Shown here: piece by piece, positions 36,656 to 46,718 of the stretch
Layout: the number at the start of each line of letters is the position of its first letter
Numbering within the stretch: the first letter of the stretch is position 1
Assembly (NCBI GenBank): GCA_020073305.1
Contig: JAIQFK010000011.1
Span: forward strand, 91,547 to 155,546
DNA length: 64,000 nucleotides
Origin: Terriglobia bacterium
Lineage (GTDB): Bacteria > Acidobacteriota > Terriglobia > Bryobacterales > Bryobacteraceae
Direction of reading: 5' to 3'
The notes under the pieces: model-generated
Told to the model about the DNA's origin: nothing
What the model saw: only the letters and a program-made list of their open reading frames with translations
Database searches by the model: none
Translations under genes and position numbers: made by a program

Positions 36656-39208
36656 ATGCCACGAGTCTATAACTATCATGTTTCGCCCTGCCTGCCGCCG
36701 CGCTTGCAGTGCTTGAACGAACTTTCCCTGAACTTGCGATGGTCCTGGGATCATCCCACGATCGAATTATTTCGCCGCCTGGACGGCGATCTATGGGAGG
36801 AGGCCGGGCACAATCCCCGCCTCATGTTGGGCCAGATTGATCAGAAGCGCCTGGCCGAATTGGAATCCGATGAGACGTTCCTGGCGCAGATGGACCGCGT
36901 TTGGGGCAACCTGGTCGAATATTTGTCCGGCACGGGTTGGTTCCTGCGGGCGCATCCGGAAGCAGCCGGACTCGTGGTCGCCTACTTCTCGGCGGAGTTT
37001 GGGCTCACCGAATGTGTCCCTAACTATGCCGGCGGATTGGGAATCCTGGCCGGAGATCATCTCAAGTCGGCCAGTGACCTCGGCGTGCCGCTGGTCGGCG
37101 TGGGCTTGTTGTATCAGGGGGGGTACTTCCACCAATACCTGAACGCCGACGGATGGCAACAGGAGAAATATCCCATCAACGATTTCCAGACCCTTCCGAT
37201 CGGGCCGGCAACGGATGCGCAGGGGAAGCCGCTCACGGTGGACCTCGATTTCCCGGGAAGGCGGCTGTCCGCCAGGATCTGGAAAGTGCGGGTGGGACGA
37301 ATCCCGCTCTACCTGCTGGACACCAACGTGAAGCAGAACACGCCTGAGGACCGGAAGGTTACCGGCGCACTTTACGGCGGCGACCGGGAACTGCGTATTC
37401 AGCAGGAAATCGTCCTGGGTATCGGCGGGATGAAAGCCCTTCAGGCGGTCGGCATCCAGCCGACGGTCTGCCACATGAACGAGGGGCACTCGGCATTCCT
37501 GGGGCTGGAGCGCGCCCGCACGTTAATGGAACAGCTTGGCTTGACGTACCACGAGGCGCGACAGGCTGCCGCGGCGGGCAACGTTTTTACGACTCACACG
37601 CCGGTCGCGGCGGGGTTCGACCGGTTCGAGCCGGGGCTGATGGAAAAGTATTTCCGTGCATACTCGGAACGGCTTGGTCTTAGCTTCGATCGGCTGCTGG
37701 CCTACGGCAGACAGGACCGTAGCGACAACGGGCCCTTCAATATGGCGCATTTGGCCGCGCGTCATAGCTCCTACGCCAATGGCGTCAGCCGGCTGCACGG
37801 CGAGGTGACGCGCGAGATGGCGAAGCCCATGTGGCCCGGCTACCCTGTGCATGAGGTTCCCATCGGCTACGTGACCAACGGCGTTCATCTGCGGTCCTGG
37901 GTGTCGATGGAAATGGGAGCGCTGCTGGTTCGCTACCTGGGGCCCCGATGGGCCGAGGAACCCGCCGACAGCGCGGTGTGGCACCGGATCGACCGCATCC
38001 CGGATCAGGAATTGTGGAGGGTCCACCAGATTCGCAGAGAGCGGTTGATCCACTACGCACGCACGCGGCTCGCCCGCCAGGTGAAGGAACGCGGCGGTTC
38101 TGATGCGGAGGTCAAGGTAGCTGAGGAGATCCTGGGTCCGGACAATCTCACCATCGGGTTTGCGCGCCGGTTTGCCACCTACAAGCGGGCGACGCTGCTG
38201 CTGCGCGACCTGGGCCGGCTCAAGCAGATCCTGAACGACGCGAAACGGCCGGTGCAGATTCTGTTTGCGGGGAAAGCGCACCCTCACGACAACGAAGGGA
38301 AAGAGCTCATCCGGCAGATTGTCCACGTGGCTCGAGGCACAGACATGCGGCGCAGCGTGGTCTTTCTGGAGGATTACGACATATCGGTGGCGCGATACCT
38401 GGTGCAGGGCGTGGACGTCTGGCTCAACACGCCGCGGCGGCCGAACGAGGCCAGCGGCACCAGTGGCATGAAGGTGCTGGCCAACGGTGGACTGAACCTG
38501 TCGGTGCTGGACGGCTGGTGGGCCGAGGGCTACGACCGCGAAACCGGCTGGGCCATCGGCAGCGGCGAGGACTATGCCAATCCGGACTACCAGGACCAAG
38601 TCGAATCAGAAGCCCTCTACAACCTGTTGGAGAATGACGTGGTGCCGCTGTTCTACGATCAGGACTCGGCGGGCATTCCCCATGGCTGGGTCGCGAAGAT
38701 GAAGGCCTCCATGAGAAAGCTGTCGCCCATTTTCAGCACCAACCGCATGGTGGCGGAATACGCGGAGCGGTTTTACATCCCCACCGGCCAGCGGCACTTG
38801 CGTCTGATCGCCGACCATGCGGCGCGGATCCGTCCGCTGGTTGCGTGGCGCAAGCGGCTGCATACGCACGGTTCAAAGGTGAAGATCATGCAAGTGGATA
38901 CCGAGGGGGATGGAGAGGTTGTCGTAGGCTCGAAACTGAAGGTTACCGCGCGTGTTTTTCTGGGGGAAGTCCTGCCTTCGGATGTTCGTGTGCAGCTTTA
39001 CTGCGGGCGAGTAAATCCCGACGGTGAGATTGTTTCCGGCAAAGCGACGGACTTGCAGTTGCAGAGTGGTTCCGGCGGGAACCACGTCTACGACGGCGAG
39101 ATCGAGTGCGGTGAAAGCGGCTCCTGCGGCTTTTCGGTCCGTGTGGTTCCTTGCCACGAAGACGCCGTCCTGCCCTATGAATTGGGCTGGGTCACCTGGG
39201 CGGAGTGA
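36656..39208 (+). CDS. glgP: alpha-glucan phosphorylase (GT35 family)
   Basis: N-terminal LNELSLNLRWSWDH, then YFSAEFGL, GGLGILAGDHLKSASDLG, NEGHSAF and EASGTSGMK (the PLP-lysine region). This fits the maltodextrin/glycogen phosphorylase family. Confidence 0.9.
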   Translation: MPRVYNYHVSPCLPPRLQCLNELSLNLRWSWDHPTIELFRRLDGDLWEEAGHNPRLMLGQIDQKRLAELESDETFLAQMDRVWGNLVEYLSGTGWFLRAHPEAAGLVVAYFSAEFGLTECVPNYAGGLGILAGDHLKSASDLGVPLVGVGLLYQGGYFHQYLNADGWQQEKYPINDFQTLPIGPATDAQGKPLTVDLDFPGRRLSARIWKVRVGRIPLYLLDTNVKQNTPEDRKVTGALYGGDRELRIQQEIVLGIGGMKALQAVGIQPTVCHMNEGHSAFLGLERARTLMEQLGLTYHEARQAAAAGNVFTTHTPVAAGFDRFEPGLMEKYFRAYSERLGLSFDRLLAYGRQDRSDNGPFNMAHLAARHSSYANGVSRLHGEVTREMAKPMWPGYPVHEVPIGYVTNGVHLRSWVSMEMGALLVRYLGPRWAEEPADSAVWHRIDRIPDQELWRVHQIRRERLIHYARTRLARQVKERGGSDAEVKVAEEILGPDNLTIGFARRFATYKRATLLLRDLGRLKQILNDAKRPVQILFAGKAHPHDNEGKELIRQIVHVARGTDMRRSVVFLEDYDISVARYLVQGVDVWLNTPRRPNEASGTSGMKVLANGGLNLSVLDGWWAEGYDRETGWAIGSGEDYANPDYQDQVESEALYNLLENDVVPLFYDQDSAGIPHGWVAKMKASMRKLSPIFSTNRMVAEYAERFYIPTGQRHLRLIADHAARIRPLVAWRKRLHTHGSKVKIMQVDTEGDGEVVVGSKLKVTARVFLGEVLPSDVRVQLYCGRVNPDGEIVSGKATDLQLQSGSGGNHVYDGEIECGESGSCGFSVRVVPCHEDAVLPYELGWVTWAE

Positions 39209-39215
39209 GACCGGG

Positions 39216-39413
39216 TTAGTCCACGGCTCCCAGGGTGCGGAACCCGGCCCGCTGGAAATGTGGGTCGAACGTAAAGGCGGTGGAGACCTTGCGGCTTTTC
39301 ATGAGCACGAACGAGACGCAGTCGGTGAAGCTGACCTGCGGGTCCGCATACTTGCGCAGCAGGCGGACGGCGTCGGTTTCATCCTCTCTTGTGCTGTGTA
39401 GGATCTCGAGCAC
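39216..39413 (-). pseudogene. C-terminal half of a PIN-domain (VapC-like) toxin gene
   Basis: VSFTDCVSFVLMKSRKVSTAFTFDPHFQRAGF matches the C-terminal PIN motifs (conserved D in sfxD, and TFDxHF). The reading frame is closed by a stop at 39474-39476, so the N-terminal catalytic Asp/Glu region is absent. No antitoxin gene is present. Confidence 0.55.
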
Positions 39414-39480
39414 CTCCGAAGCGTAGGCCCATCCTCGCCGTCCAGTGGCCCCTGTATAATCGGGAACAGGCCGCTACACT

Positions 39481-41589
39481 ATGAAAAACCGCCTGGTCTA
39501 CGGCACGGGGCTGGTCTTGCTGATCATCTCGGCGACGCTGGTGATCTGGCAGGGGTCCTTCGATTTTGGCGGCTATGCGCCCTCTGATCCTGGGCAAACC
39601 TTCATCTTCTGGGCCGTTTCCACGCTGATCTTTCTGCTGATGGTGACGCTCGGTTTCATGCTGGTGCGCATCGGTGTCAAGCTTTACATCGAGCGGCGCA
39701 GCAACCGCGAAGGCTCCCGGATCAAGACCAAGCTCGTGATCGGCGCGCTGGCCCTGAGCTTCATGCCCGTTCTGTTCATGGTGCTCTTTAATTACTACGT
39801 GCTGAACCGGAATCTCGAAAAGTGGTTCATGCGGCCGGTGGAAAAGGAGCGCGTAGCGCTCGTTAAGATTGCCAAGGTCCTTACCGATGAGGCGCGCGCC
39901 AGGGCCGAGGCGCAAGCCGCTTTGCTGGCAACCCGTCCCGAAACGCTTTCGCTGCTCACCGCGCGAACGCCGGCGCCCGGCGCCCTGGAACCCTTCTGCC
40001 AGCAGGAGAACGTGGCGGCCGCCGAAATTGTATCCGTATCCGGAACCGTGGTGGAGCGTTGCGGCGATGCGGGCGCGGTGCGCAGCACCGACAAGAACGC
40101 CATCGTGGTGAGCCGGCCAGTAAAAGCGGGTGATAAGACCGTGGGCCGGGTGGTGCTGGTGCCCCGCATTCCCCTGGACCTGGCGCAACAGCGCGCCGCC
40201 ATCGAATCCTACAACAGCGAATACGCGCGCCTGGCTGGCAGCCGCCAGAATGTGCGCAACTCCTCGCTCCTGCTGCTGGCGCTCATCACCCTGTTCATCC
40301 TGTTCGTGGCAACCTGGATTGCGCTGTTTCTGGCCAGGCAGATCAGCGTCCCCATCGCCGCCCTGTTGCACGCGGCGCGAGAGGTGGGCGAGGGAAATCT
40401 GGGCCACCGGGTTCAGGTTCCCGCCATCGATGAGCTGGCAGGTTTGGTGCGCGGGTTCAACGAAATGACGCGCGAGCTGGAAAGCAACAGCCGCGAACTG
40501 GATGCGCGGCGCCGCTTCACCGAAGCCATTCTCGAAAGCATTCCGACCGGTGTGATTTCCGTATCCTCAGACGGCCGCATCCAGCGCGTCAATCGCGCGC
40601 TCAAGCAGATCTTTCCTGGGGAGCAGGTGAATCATGCCACGCGCCTCGAGGACCTGTTCTCGCGCGAGGACACCTCTGAAATCCGTTATCTGATGAAGCG
40701 CGCCCGCCGCACGGGAATGACTTCGCGGCAAATGGAACTCCGATCCGAGCGCCAGACCCGGCATCTTTCCATCATCGTCTCGGCGCTCGAGGAAAAGGTG
40801 CGCTCGGGATTCGTGATCGTTCTCGAAGACACCAGCGACTTGCTGCGCGCACAGAAGGCGGCGGCGTGGAATGAAGTGGCGCGGCGCATCGCGCACGAGA
40901 TCAGGAATCCGCTCACCCCCATCGCCCTTTCCGCCGAGCGCATCGCGCTGCAACTCGAGCGCGCGCCGGTATCTCCGGATGTGGCCAGGATCGTCAAGGA
41001 TTGTACCGACACTATTGCGAATGAAGTCGAGTCGGTGAAGAACCTGGTCAACGAATTTTCGCAATTCGCCAGGTTTCCGGCGGCCCAACTGGTCCGGTGC
41101 GACTTGAACGAGGTAGTGGAGAGCGCTCTCGCGGTTTTTACGGGACGCCTGGACGGGATCGAGCTTCACGCCGACCTCACCGTGGGCTTGCCGCCCGTGA
41201 ATGTGGATAAAGAGCAGTTCAAGCGAGTCATCGTGAACCTGGTGGACAACGCCGCCGAAGCCATGCAGGACTCGCCGGTGAAGCGCATATGGATCGCCAG
41301 CCGTGCGGGTGTGGCCGACACGGTCGAACTGACGGTGGCCGACACCGGTTGCGGCGTCACGGCCGAGGACAAGGAAAAACTGTTTCTGCCGTATTTTTCC
41401 ACCAAGGGGCGGGGCACCGGACTGGGTCTTGCCATCGCGAACCACATCCTCTCCGAACACAACGCGCACGTCCGCGTGGAGGATAACCTGCCGGCAGGCA
41501 CGCGCTTCATCATTGAGATTCCTGCCGCGGCGAACGCCGGCGAAGAGCCCAAACCGGTTGAAACCGCCGCGCCCGTCACCCACGTATGA
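39481..41589 (+). CDS. ntrY: NtrY-like sensor histidine kinase (TM-HAMP-PAS-HisKA-HATPase)
   Basis: H-box RRIAHEIRNPLTPIALSAERI is typical of NtrY. Also present are a HAMP region (VPIAALLHAAREVGEGNLGHRV) and HATPase motifs DNAAEA, DTGCGV and GTGLGLA. Confidence 0.85.
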   Translation: MKNRLVYGTGLVLLIISATLVIWQGSFDFGGYAPSDPGQTFIFWAVSTLIFLLMVTLGFMLVRIGVKLYIERRSNREGSRIKTKLVIGALALSFMPVLFMVLFNYYVLNRNLEKWFMRPVEKERVALVKIAKVLTDEARARAEAQAALLATRPETLSLLTARTPAPGALEPFCQQENVAAAEIVSVSGTVVERCGDAGAVRSTDKNAIVVSRPVKAGDKTVGRVVLVPRIPLDLAQQRAAIESYNSEYARLAGSRQNVRNSSLLLLALITLFILFVATWIALFLARQISVPIAALLHAAREVGEGNLGHRVQVPAIDELAGLVRGFNEMTRELESNSRELDARRRFTEAILESIPTGVISVSSDGRIQRVNRALKQIFPGEQVNHATRLEDLFSREDTSEIRYLMKRARRTGMTSRQMELRSERQTRHLSIIVSALEEKVRSGFVIVLEDTSDLLRAQKAAAWNEVARRIAHEIRNPLTPIALSAERIALQLERAPVSPDVARIVKDCTDTIANEVESVKNLVNEFSQFARFPAAQLVRCDLNEVVESALAVFTGRLDGIELHADLTVGLPPVNVDKEQFKRVIVNLVDNAAEAMQDSPVKRIWIASRAGVADTVELTVADTGCGVTAEDKEKLFLPYFSTKGRGTGLGLAIANHILSEHNAHVRVEDNLPAGTRFIIEIPAAANAGEEPKPVETAAPVTHV

Positions 41590-42947
41590 AGCCCGCGCGC
41601 ATCCTGGTGGTGGACGATGAGCCCGGCATCCGGCAATCGCTCTGCGGGGTGCTAGGTGATGATGGCTATCTCGCCCACGCCGTCTCAAGTGGGGAAGAGT
41701 CTCTGGAAGACCTCATACGGGAACCGTCGGACCTCGTGCTGCTAGATGTCTGGCTGCCCGGGATCGATGGCATGGAGACCCTGGCGCGCATTCAGGACAT
41801 TCCTTTCGCCGACCGGCCGGTGGTGGTCATGATCTCCGGGCACGGCAACATCGAGACGGCCGTGAAGGCCACCAAGCTGGGGGCGTTTGATTTCCTCGAA
41901 AAGCCGCTCTCGCTCCAGAAGCTCACGGTGGTTCTGAAAAATGCGCTCGAAAACCGCCGGTTGCAGCTCGAGAACGTCCGCCTGCGGGAAGAGGGCGCGT
42001 CGAAGTACCGCATCGTCGGCGATAGCGTCCCCATGAAGGCGCTGCGGCAGCAGATGGAACTGATGGCCGCAACCAACGGCCGCGTGCTGATCTACGGCGA
42101 GAGCGGCACGGGGAAAGAACTGGTGGCCCACGCCATCCACGCCATGGGCCCGCGCGCATCCGAGGCGTTTGTGGAAGTCAACTGCGCCGCCATCCCCGAA
42201 GAGCTGATCGAGAGCGAGCTGTTCGGCCATATCAAAGGCAGTTTTACGGGTGCGCACGAAAACAAGATCGGCAAGTTCCGCAAGGCTGACGGCGGCACGC
42301 TGTTTCTGGACGAGGTGGGCGACATGAGCTTGCGCACGCAGGCCAAGGTGCTGCGCGCGCTGGAGGAACAGCGCTTCGAAGCGGTCGGCGCATCCGAATG
42401 GACGCAGGTGGACGTGCGCGTGATCGCCGCCACCAACAAGGTGCTCGGTCAGGAAATCGAACGCGGGAATTTTCGCGAGGACCTCTTTTACCGGCTGAAC
42501 GTCATCCCGTTTCACGTGCCGCCGCTGCGCGACCGCGTGGAAGACATTCCGCTGCTGGCGGAGTATTTTCTCCGCGAGTTCACCCTAGCCTACGGCCGCA
42601 AGCCCAAGGAGCTGACGCCGGGGGCGTACGCGCTATTGCAGGAACATCACTGGCCAGGCAATGTCCGGGAGCTGCGGAACTTGATCGAACGCATCGTGAT
42701 CCTGAATCCGCAGGTGCGCGTGGACGCCCGCCACATCCCTCTGCAAACCGTACGGCGGTCCGCCGCCGACCGGCCGGAACGCTTTGGCAGTCTGCAGGAG
42801 GTGCGCGAGGCGGTGGAGCGGGAATACATCTTGAAAAAGCTCGAAGAGACCAACGGCAACGTGACGCGTACCGCGGAACTGCTGGGTCTCGAGCGCAGCA
42901 ATCTCTACCGCAAAATGAAAACCCTGGGCATCGGACCGAAGGAATAG
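41586..42947 (+). CDS. ntrX: NtrX/NtrC-like sigma-54-dependent response regulator
   Basis: ATGA overlap with ntrY. It has a REC domain (ILVVDDEP...LLDVWLPGIDG), an AAA+ domain (GESGTGKE, GSFTGA loop, LDEVGDM) and a C-terminal Fis-type HTH (TRTAELLGLERSNLYRKMK). Confidence 0.88.
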   Translation: MKPARILVVDDEPGIRQSLCGVLGDDGYLAHAVSSGEESLEDLIREPSDLVLLDVWLPGIDGMETLARIQDIPFADRPVVVMISGHGNIETAVKATKLGAFDFLEKPLSLQKLTVVLKNALENRRLQLENVRLREEGASKYRIVGDSVPMKALRQQMELMAATNGRVLIYGESGTGKELVAHAIHAMGPRASEAFVEVNCAAIPEELIESELFGHIKGSFTGAHENKIGKFRKADGGTLFLDEVGDMSLRTQAKVLRALEEQRFEAVGASEWTQVDVRVIAATNKVLGQEIERGNFREDLFYRLNVIPFHVPPLRDRVEDIPLLAEYFLREFTLAYGRKPKELTPGAYALLQEHHWPGNVRELRNLIERIVILNPQVRVDARHIPLQTVRRSAADRPERFGSLQEVREAVEREYILKKLEETNGNVTRTAELLGLERSNLYRKMKTLGIGPKE

Positions 42948-43081
42948 CCGGCTGTACCCTCCCGCTGCTGCAACCAGTTCGTAACACTTGAAACCTCTCC
43001 CCCGCCCGGAGCATCAAAAAAGGCGCTCGGCCGCCGCACTTTCGGCCTGCGAACTGCGTATCCTGTTAGGAACTGCGAAGG

Positions 43082-44974
43082 TTGGGTAGTGAACAGGTGG
43101 GATCAGCGACTCAAAACCGGATCGAACCCAGCGAGGAGTCCATCCGCGCCGCGCTGCGGAAGCTTAGCTCCAGCCCCCGATTCGCCTCGTCGGAACGCTT
43201 GTGCCGCTTCTTGAACTTCACGGTGGAAGAAACTTTGGCCGGGAGGACCGGCCAACTCAAAGAAACCATCGTGGGCGCCGAGGTATTCGGCCGCAAGCCG
43301 GACTACGATCCGCGTCTGGACGCGGTGGTTCGTATCGAAGCCGTAAAGCTGCGCGCCCGGCTCAAGGAATATTACGACAACGAAGGCCGTCTCGACCCGG
43401 TGCGCATCGACCTGCCGAAAGGCGGTTACGTCCCTGCGTTTTCCCTTCAGCTTCAGGAAGGGGCAGCCGATGTCTCGGCCCCGGTCGCGCCGCAGCGGCG
43501 TCTATGGATCGCGGCGCTGGCTTTGGTGCCGCTGGCTGCAATTGGAATTTGGTGGCTGCTACACACGCGGCCTCCGGCTTCTGACGCGGCGGTTCCTTCG
43601 ATTGCCGTGTTGCCCTTCGTTGATCTGAGCGAAGCCAAGGACCAGGAATACTTCTGCGACGGCATGACCGAGGAAATCATCGACGCCCTGGCGCGCGTGC
43701 GCGGTTTTCATGTGGCGGCACGCAGCTCGGCGTTCGCATTCAAGAACAAGCAGCAGGATATCCGCGAGATCGGCCGCAAACTGAACGTGGGCGCGGTGCT
43801 CGAAGGCAGCGTGCGCAAGTCGGGAAACCGGCTGCGCGTGACCGCGCAACTGAACAGCGTAACCGACGGCTACCACTTGTGGTCGGAAACCTACGAGCGC
43901 GAGATGAAAGACATCTTCGCGTTGCAGGACGAGATCTCGCGCGCCATAGTCAGCACGCTGCGCGTTCAACTGGGCGAGGCCGGCAAAGCGCCCCTGGTGA
44001 GCCCTCCAACCGGGAACCTGGAAGCCTACGATCTTTATCTCGAGGCGCGGTACTTGCATTCGAAGTGGCGGCCGGAACCCATGCGGCAGTCGATTGCTTT
44101 ATTCGAGCGGGCCATCGCGCAAGACCCGAGCTTCGCGCCGGCTTATGCGGGTTTGGCCGCGTCCTACACCTGGCTTGGATTCTTCCGTGTCCGGCCCCGC
44201 GACGTGATGCCGGGCGCCAAGGAAGCTGCTCGGAAGGCATTGGCACTCGACAGCCGGCTCGGCGCGGCGCACATCTCGCTCGGCGACGTGAAGGCCCTGT
44301 ACGACTGGGATTGGGAGGGCGCGCGGCGCGAGTATCAGACCGCACTCGAGATCAATCCGGACGATTGGGGCGCGCACTTTTCCTACGCTTTGATCTATCT
44401 GGCGCCGCTGGGACGGATCAGTGAAGCCATTCGGGAAATGCAGCGCGCCCGCGAACTCGATCCGCTGAACGTTACCATCAACACCTACCTCGGCATGCTG
44501 TTCGATTTTGGCGGGCAGTACGATAGAGCGGTTCGCCAACTGCAAGATACCCTCGCCATCGCGCCCGATTTTGCGGAGGCGTACAGTACGCTTTTCAAAG
44601 TCTATCTGGATCAACACAAATTCGATGACGCCCACGCGGCGCTTGACCGTTTTCACGCGCTTGTGGGCCAGACGGTTCCCGGTCTTGCGGATGCGCAATT
44701 GGCTGCGGCCGAGGGACGGATTGACAGCGCCCGGCAAATGCTGGCTGCGTGCGAACGCGTTGGTGAGCGCGAGTACGTAGGCGCGGGCTCAGTAGCCTGC
44801 ATTTATGTCGCGCTCGGCGATAAGGACGCTGCGTTTCGCAACCTCGAACGCGGTTTCGCCGAACGCGACGGGATGCTTGCCTACATGAAAACCTATCCCG
44901 CGCTTAGCGGGCTGCGCTCGGATCCCCGCTTCCGGGAGCTTCTCCGGCGGGTCAACCTACCGGTTGAACGCTAA
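43082..44974 (+). CDS. CadC/OmpR-type winged-helix regulator fused to TM, TolB-N-like and TPR domains
   Basis: The winged-helix pattern reads LKETIVGAEVFGR...DAVVRIEAVKLRARLKEYY...LPKGGYVPAF. One TM helix follows, then SIAVLPFVDLS...YFCDGMTEEIIDAL (TolB-N-like) and C-terminal TPRs. The start is TTG. Confidence 0.78.
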   Translation: MGSEQVGSATQNRIEPSEESIRAALRKLSSSPRFASSERLCRFLNFTVEETLAGRTGQLKETIVGAEVFGRKPDYDPRLDAVVRIEAVKLRARLKEYYDNEGRLDPVRIDLPKGGYVPAFSLQLQEGAADVSAPVAPQRRLWIAALALVPLAAIGIWWLLHTRPPASDAAVPSIAVLPFVDLSEAKDQEYFCDGMTEEIIDALARVRGFHVAARSSAFAFKNKQQDIREIGRKLNVGAVLEGSVRKSGNRLRVTAQLNSVTDGYHLWSETYEREMKDIFALQDEISRAIVSTLRVQLGEAGKAPLVSPPTGNLEAYDLYLEARYLHSKWRPEPMRQSIALFERAIAQDPSFAPAYAGLAASYTWLGFFRVRPRDVMPGAKEAARKALALDSRLGAAHISLGDVKALYDWDWEGARREYQTALEINPDDWGAHFSYALIYLAPLGRISEAIREMQRARELDPLNVTINTYLGMLFDFGGQYDRAVRQLQDTLAIAPDFAEAYSTLFKVYLDQHKFDDAHAALDRFHALVGQTVPGLADAQLAAAEGRIDSARQMLAACERVGEREYVGAGSVACIYVALGDKDAAFRNLERGFAERDGMLAYMKTYPALSGLRSDPRFRELLRRVNLPVER

Positions 44975-45580
44975 AACTGCAGGCTGTCCGCCGCGAGCGC
45001 GCTCTAACTCAGCCAGATTGTGCCGGATCACCGCCACGTGGGGATGGTTTGGTCCAAGCGCCGTCTCTCGAATTGCCAGCGCACGCCGGTACAGCGTTTC
45101 CGCTTCAGTGTAGCGGTTTTCGGCGTAGTCGACGGCGGCTAAATCGTTGAGAATGGTCGCGAGGTGCGGATGCTCGGGCCCCAGGGTTCGCTCCGCTATG
45201 AGCAGCGCCGCGCGCAGCATTCGATCCGCTTCCAGGTAGCGGTGTGCCTCGAAGTAGATTTCTCCCAATTGGTCGCGGCCAAGCGCGGCGTTGGCATCTT
45301 CCGCCCCCAACGTCTTTTCAACAATAGCGAGCGACCGCTGGGCCGCCTTCTCGGCGTTCGCCAGATTCCCTTCGCCGCGATAAGCCTCTGCCAGGTCCTT
45401 CAACACCAGCGCCACTTCGAGCGTATCGGTTCCGTAGACCGCCTCGAATCCCGCCAGCGCTTCCCGGCACAACTTGTCCGCCTCGGCGTAACGACCCGCA
45501 TTCAAATCCGCCAAAGCCTCCCGATGCACGGCCTCCGGTGTTCCCAGCGAAACCATGAGTGCCAACGCCAGCCAGTTCAT
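44957..45580 (-). CDS. secreted TPR protein (TPR_10/12-type repeats)
   Basis: Four repeats of about 42 aa have the form ...LAxxYxxxGRYxEAExLxxRALAIxExxLGPxHP.... The gene overlaps the convergent upstream gene by 18 nt. Confidence 0.8.
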   Translation of the reverse strand: MNWLALALMVSLGTPEAVHREALADLNAGRYAEADKLCREALAGFEAVYGTDTLEVALVLKDLAEAYRGEGNLANAEKAAQRSLAIVEKTLGAEDANAALGRDQLGEIYFEAHRYLEADRMLRAALLIAERTLGPEHPHLATILNDLAAVDYAENRYTEAETLYRRALAIRETALGPNHPHVAVIRHNLAELERARGGQPAVLAFNR

Positions 45581-45717
45581 GCCCGACCACCTCCACCTGG
45601 CAGCGTGCGCCGGATAGTGGGTCTGTGGAAGTTATTCGGGGTTGCATAACCGTTGGCGCAACCAGATAACGTGCTGAAAATGAGCCAATTCAGATCTCTG
45701 CCGTTTCTCCAAGCCAA

Positions 45718-46134
45718 TTGGTGAAACAAGTGGAGTACCCTACGCTAATGACGAAATCCTCGGCGGAAGATCGCCGGCTGGTCCGGCTCACGAAGATTTG
45801 CCTGGCGCTCCCCGAGGCTACGCGGGAGTGCCACGGGGCGCACGCAAGCTTCCGGGTGCGGAAAAAGGTTTTCGCCTACTATCTGAGCGACCACCACGGC
45901 GATGGCATCGTCGGCGTCACCGCCAAAGTATTGCCCGGCGATAACACCGCGCTGGCAGCCGCCAATCCTACCCGATTCTACCTGCCCGCCTACATTGCTT
46001 CGAGGGGCTGGGTCGCGCTTCGTCTGGATGTGGGAGCCGTCGATTGGGAAGAAGTGGCCGAACTGGTCGCCGGCAGCTACCGGCTCATTGCGCCCAGGCG
46101 GCTGGCGGCACTCGTCAAAGCGCTTCCAGGCTGA
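45718..46134 (+). CDS. MmcQ/YjbR-family protein
   Basis: The pattern LALPEATRE...GAHASFRVRKKVFAY...RFYLPAYIASRGWVALRLD matches YjbR-like proteins. The start is possibly ATG 45748. Confidence 0.65.
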   Translation: MVKQVEYPTLMTKSSAEDRRLVRLTKICLALPEATRECHGAHASFRVRKKVFAYYLSDHHGDGIVGVTAKVLPGDNTALAAANPTRFYLPAYIASRGWVALRLDVGAVDWEEVAELVAGSYRLIAPRRLAALVKALPG

Positions 46135-46670
46135 GTGCATGACTGGATGCGTTCCCGGTACTTCCGCAGCAGTTCGTAGATGACCACGCCACCCGCCGTC
46201 GCCACATTGAGCGAATGCTTCACTCCCAGCATGGGGATTCGAACGTAGGTGTCGGCCAGCGCGGAGACTTCGGAACGGATGCCGTCGATCTCGTTTCCGA
46301 ACACCAGGCATACCGGAAATGCGGGTTCCCAATCGAACAGATCCACAGACCGGGTGCTGGTTTCGACCGCGGCGATCTCATAATGTTCGGCGCGCAGCCG
46401 TTCGACAACAGTGCAAGCCTCACCCGAAAACTCCCACCGCACGCTGGTCTCCGCACCCAGGGCTGTCTTGCTGATCGCGCGGTGTGGTGGGCGGCCCGTG
46501 ATTCCGCAGAGGAACAGGCTCCGCAGGCCCGCGGCGTCCGCCGTGCGGAAAAATGCGCCCACGTTGTACAGGCTGCGAATGTTGTCGAGCAGCGCGACGA
46601 CGGGAAGTTCCACGATGGCTTCGTAGGCCGTCGCGGCTTGCGAGGCGCGATACGGCAGTCGTTCGTCCAC
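46077..46670 (-). CDS. SpoU/TrmH-family RNA 2'-O-methyltransferase
   Basis: LDNIRSLYNVGAFFRTADAAG, LVFGNEIDGI and IPMLGVKHSLNVATAGGVVIYE are the three SPOUT motifs. The C-terminal tail overlaps the convergent YjbR gene by 58 nt. Confidence 0.85.
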   Translation of the reverse strand: MDERLPYRASQAATAYEAIVELPVVALLDNIRSLYNVGAFFRTADAAGLRSLFLCGITGRPPHRAISKTALGAETSVRWEFSGEACTVVERLRAEHYEIAAVETSTRSVDLFDWEPAFPVCLVFGNEIDGIRSEVSALADTYVRIPMLGVKHSLNVATAGGVVIYELLRKYRERIQSCTQPGSALTSAASRLGAMSR

Positions 46671-46718
46671 TCTGCCAGCTTACAACGGCGGTCGCTTACG
46701 GATGGAGCGGATTCCTGG

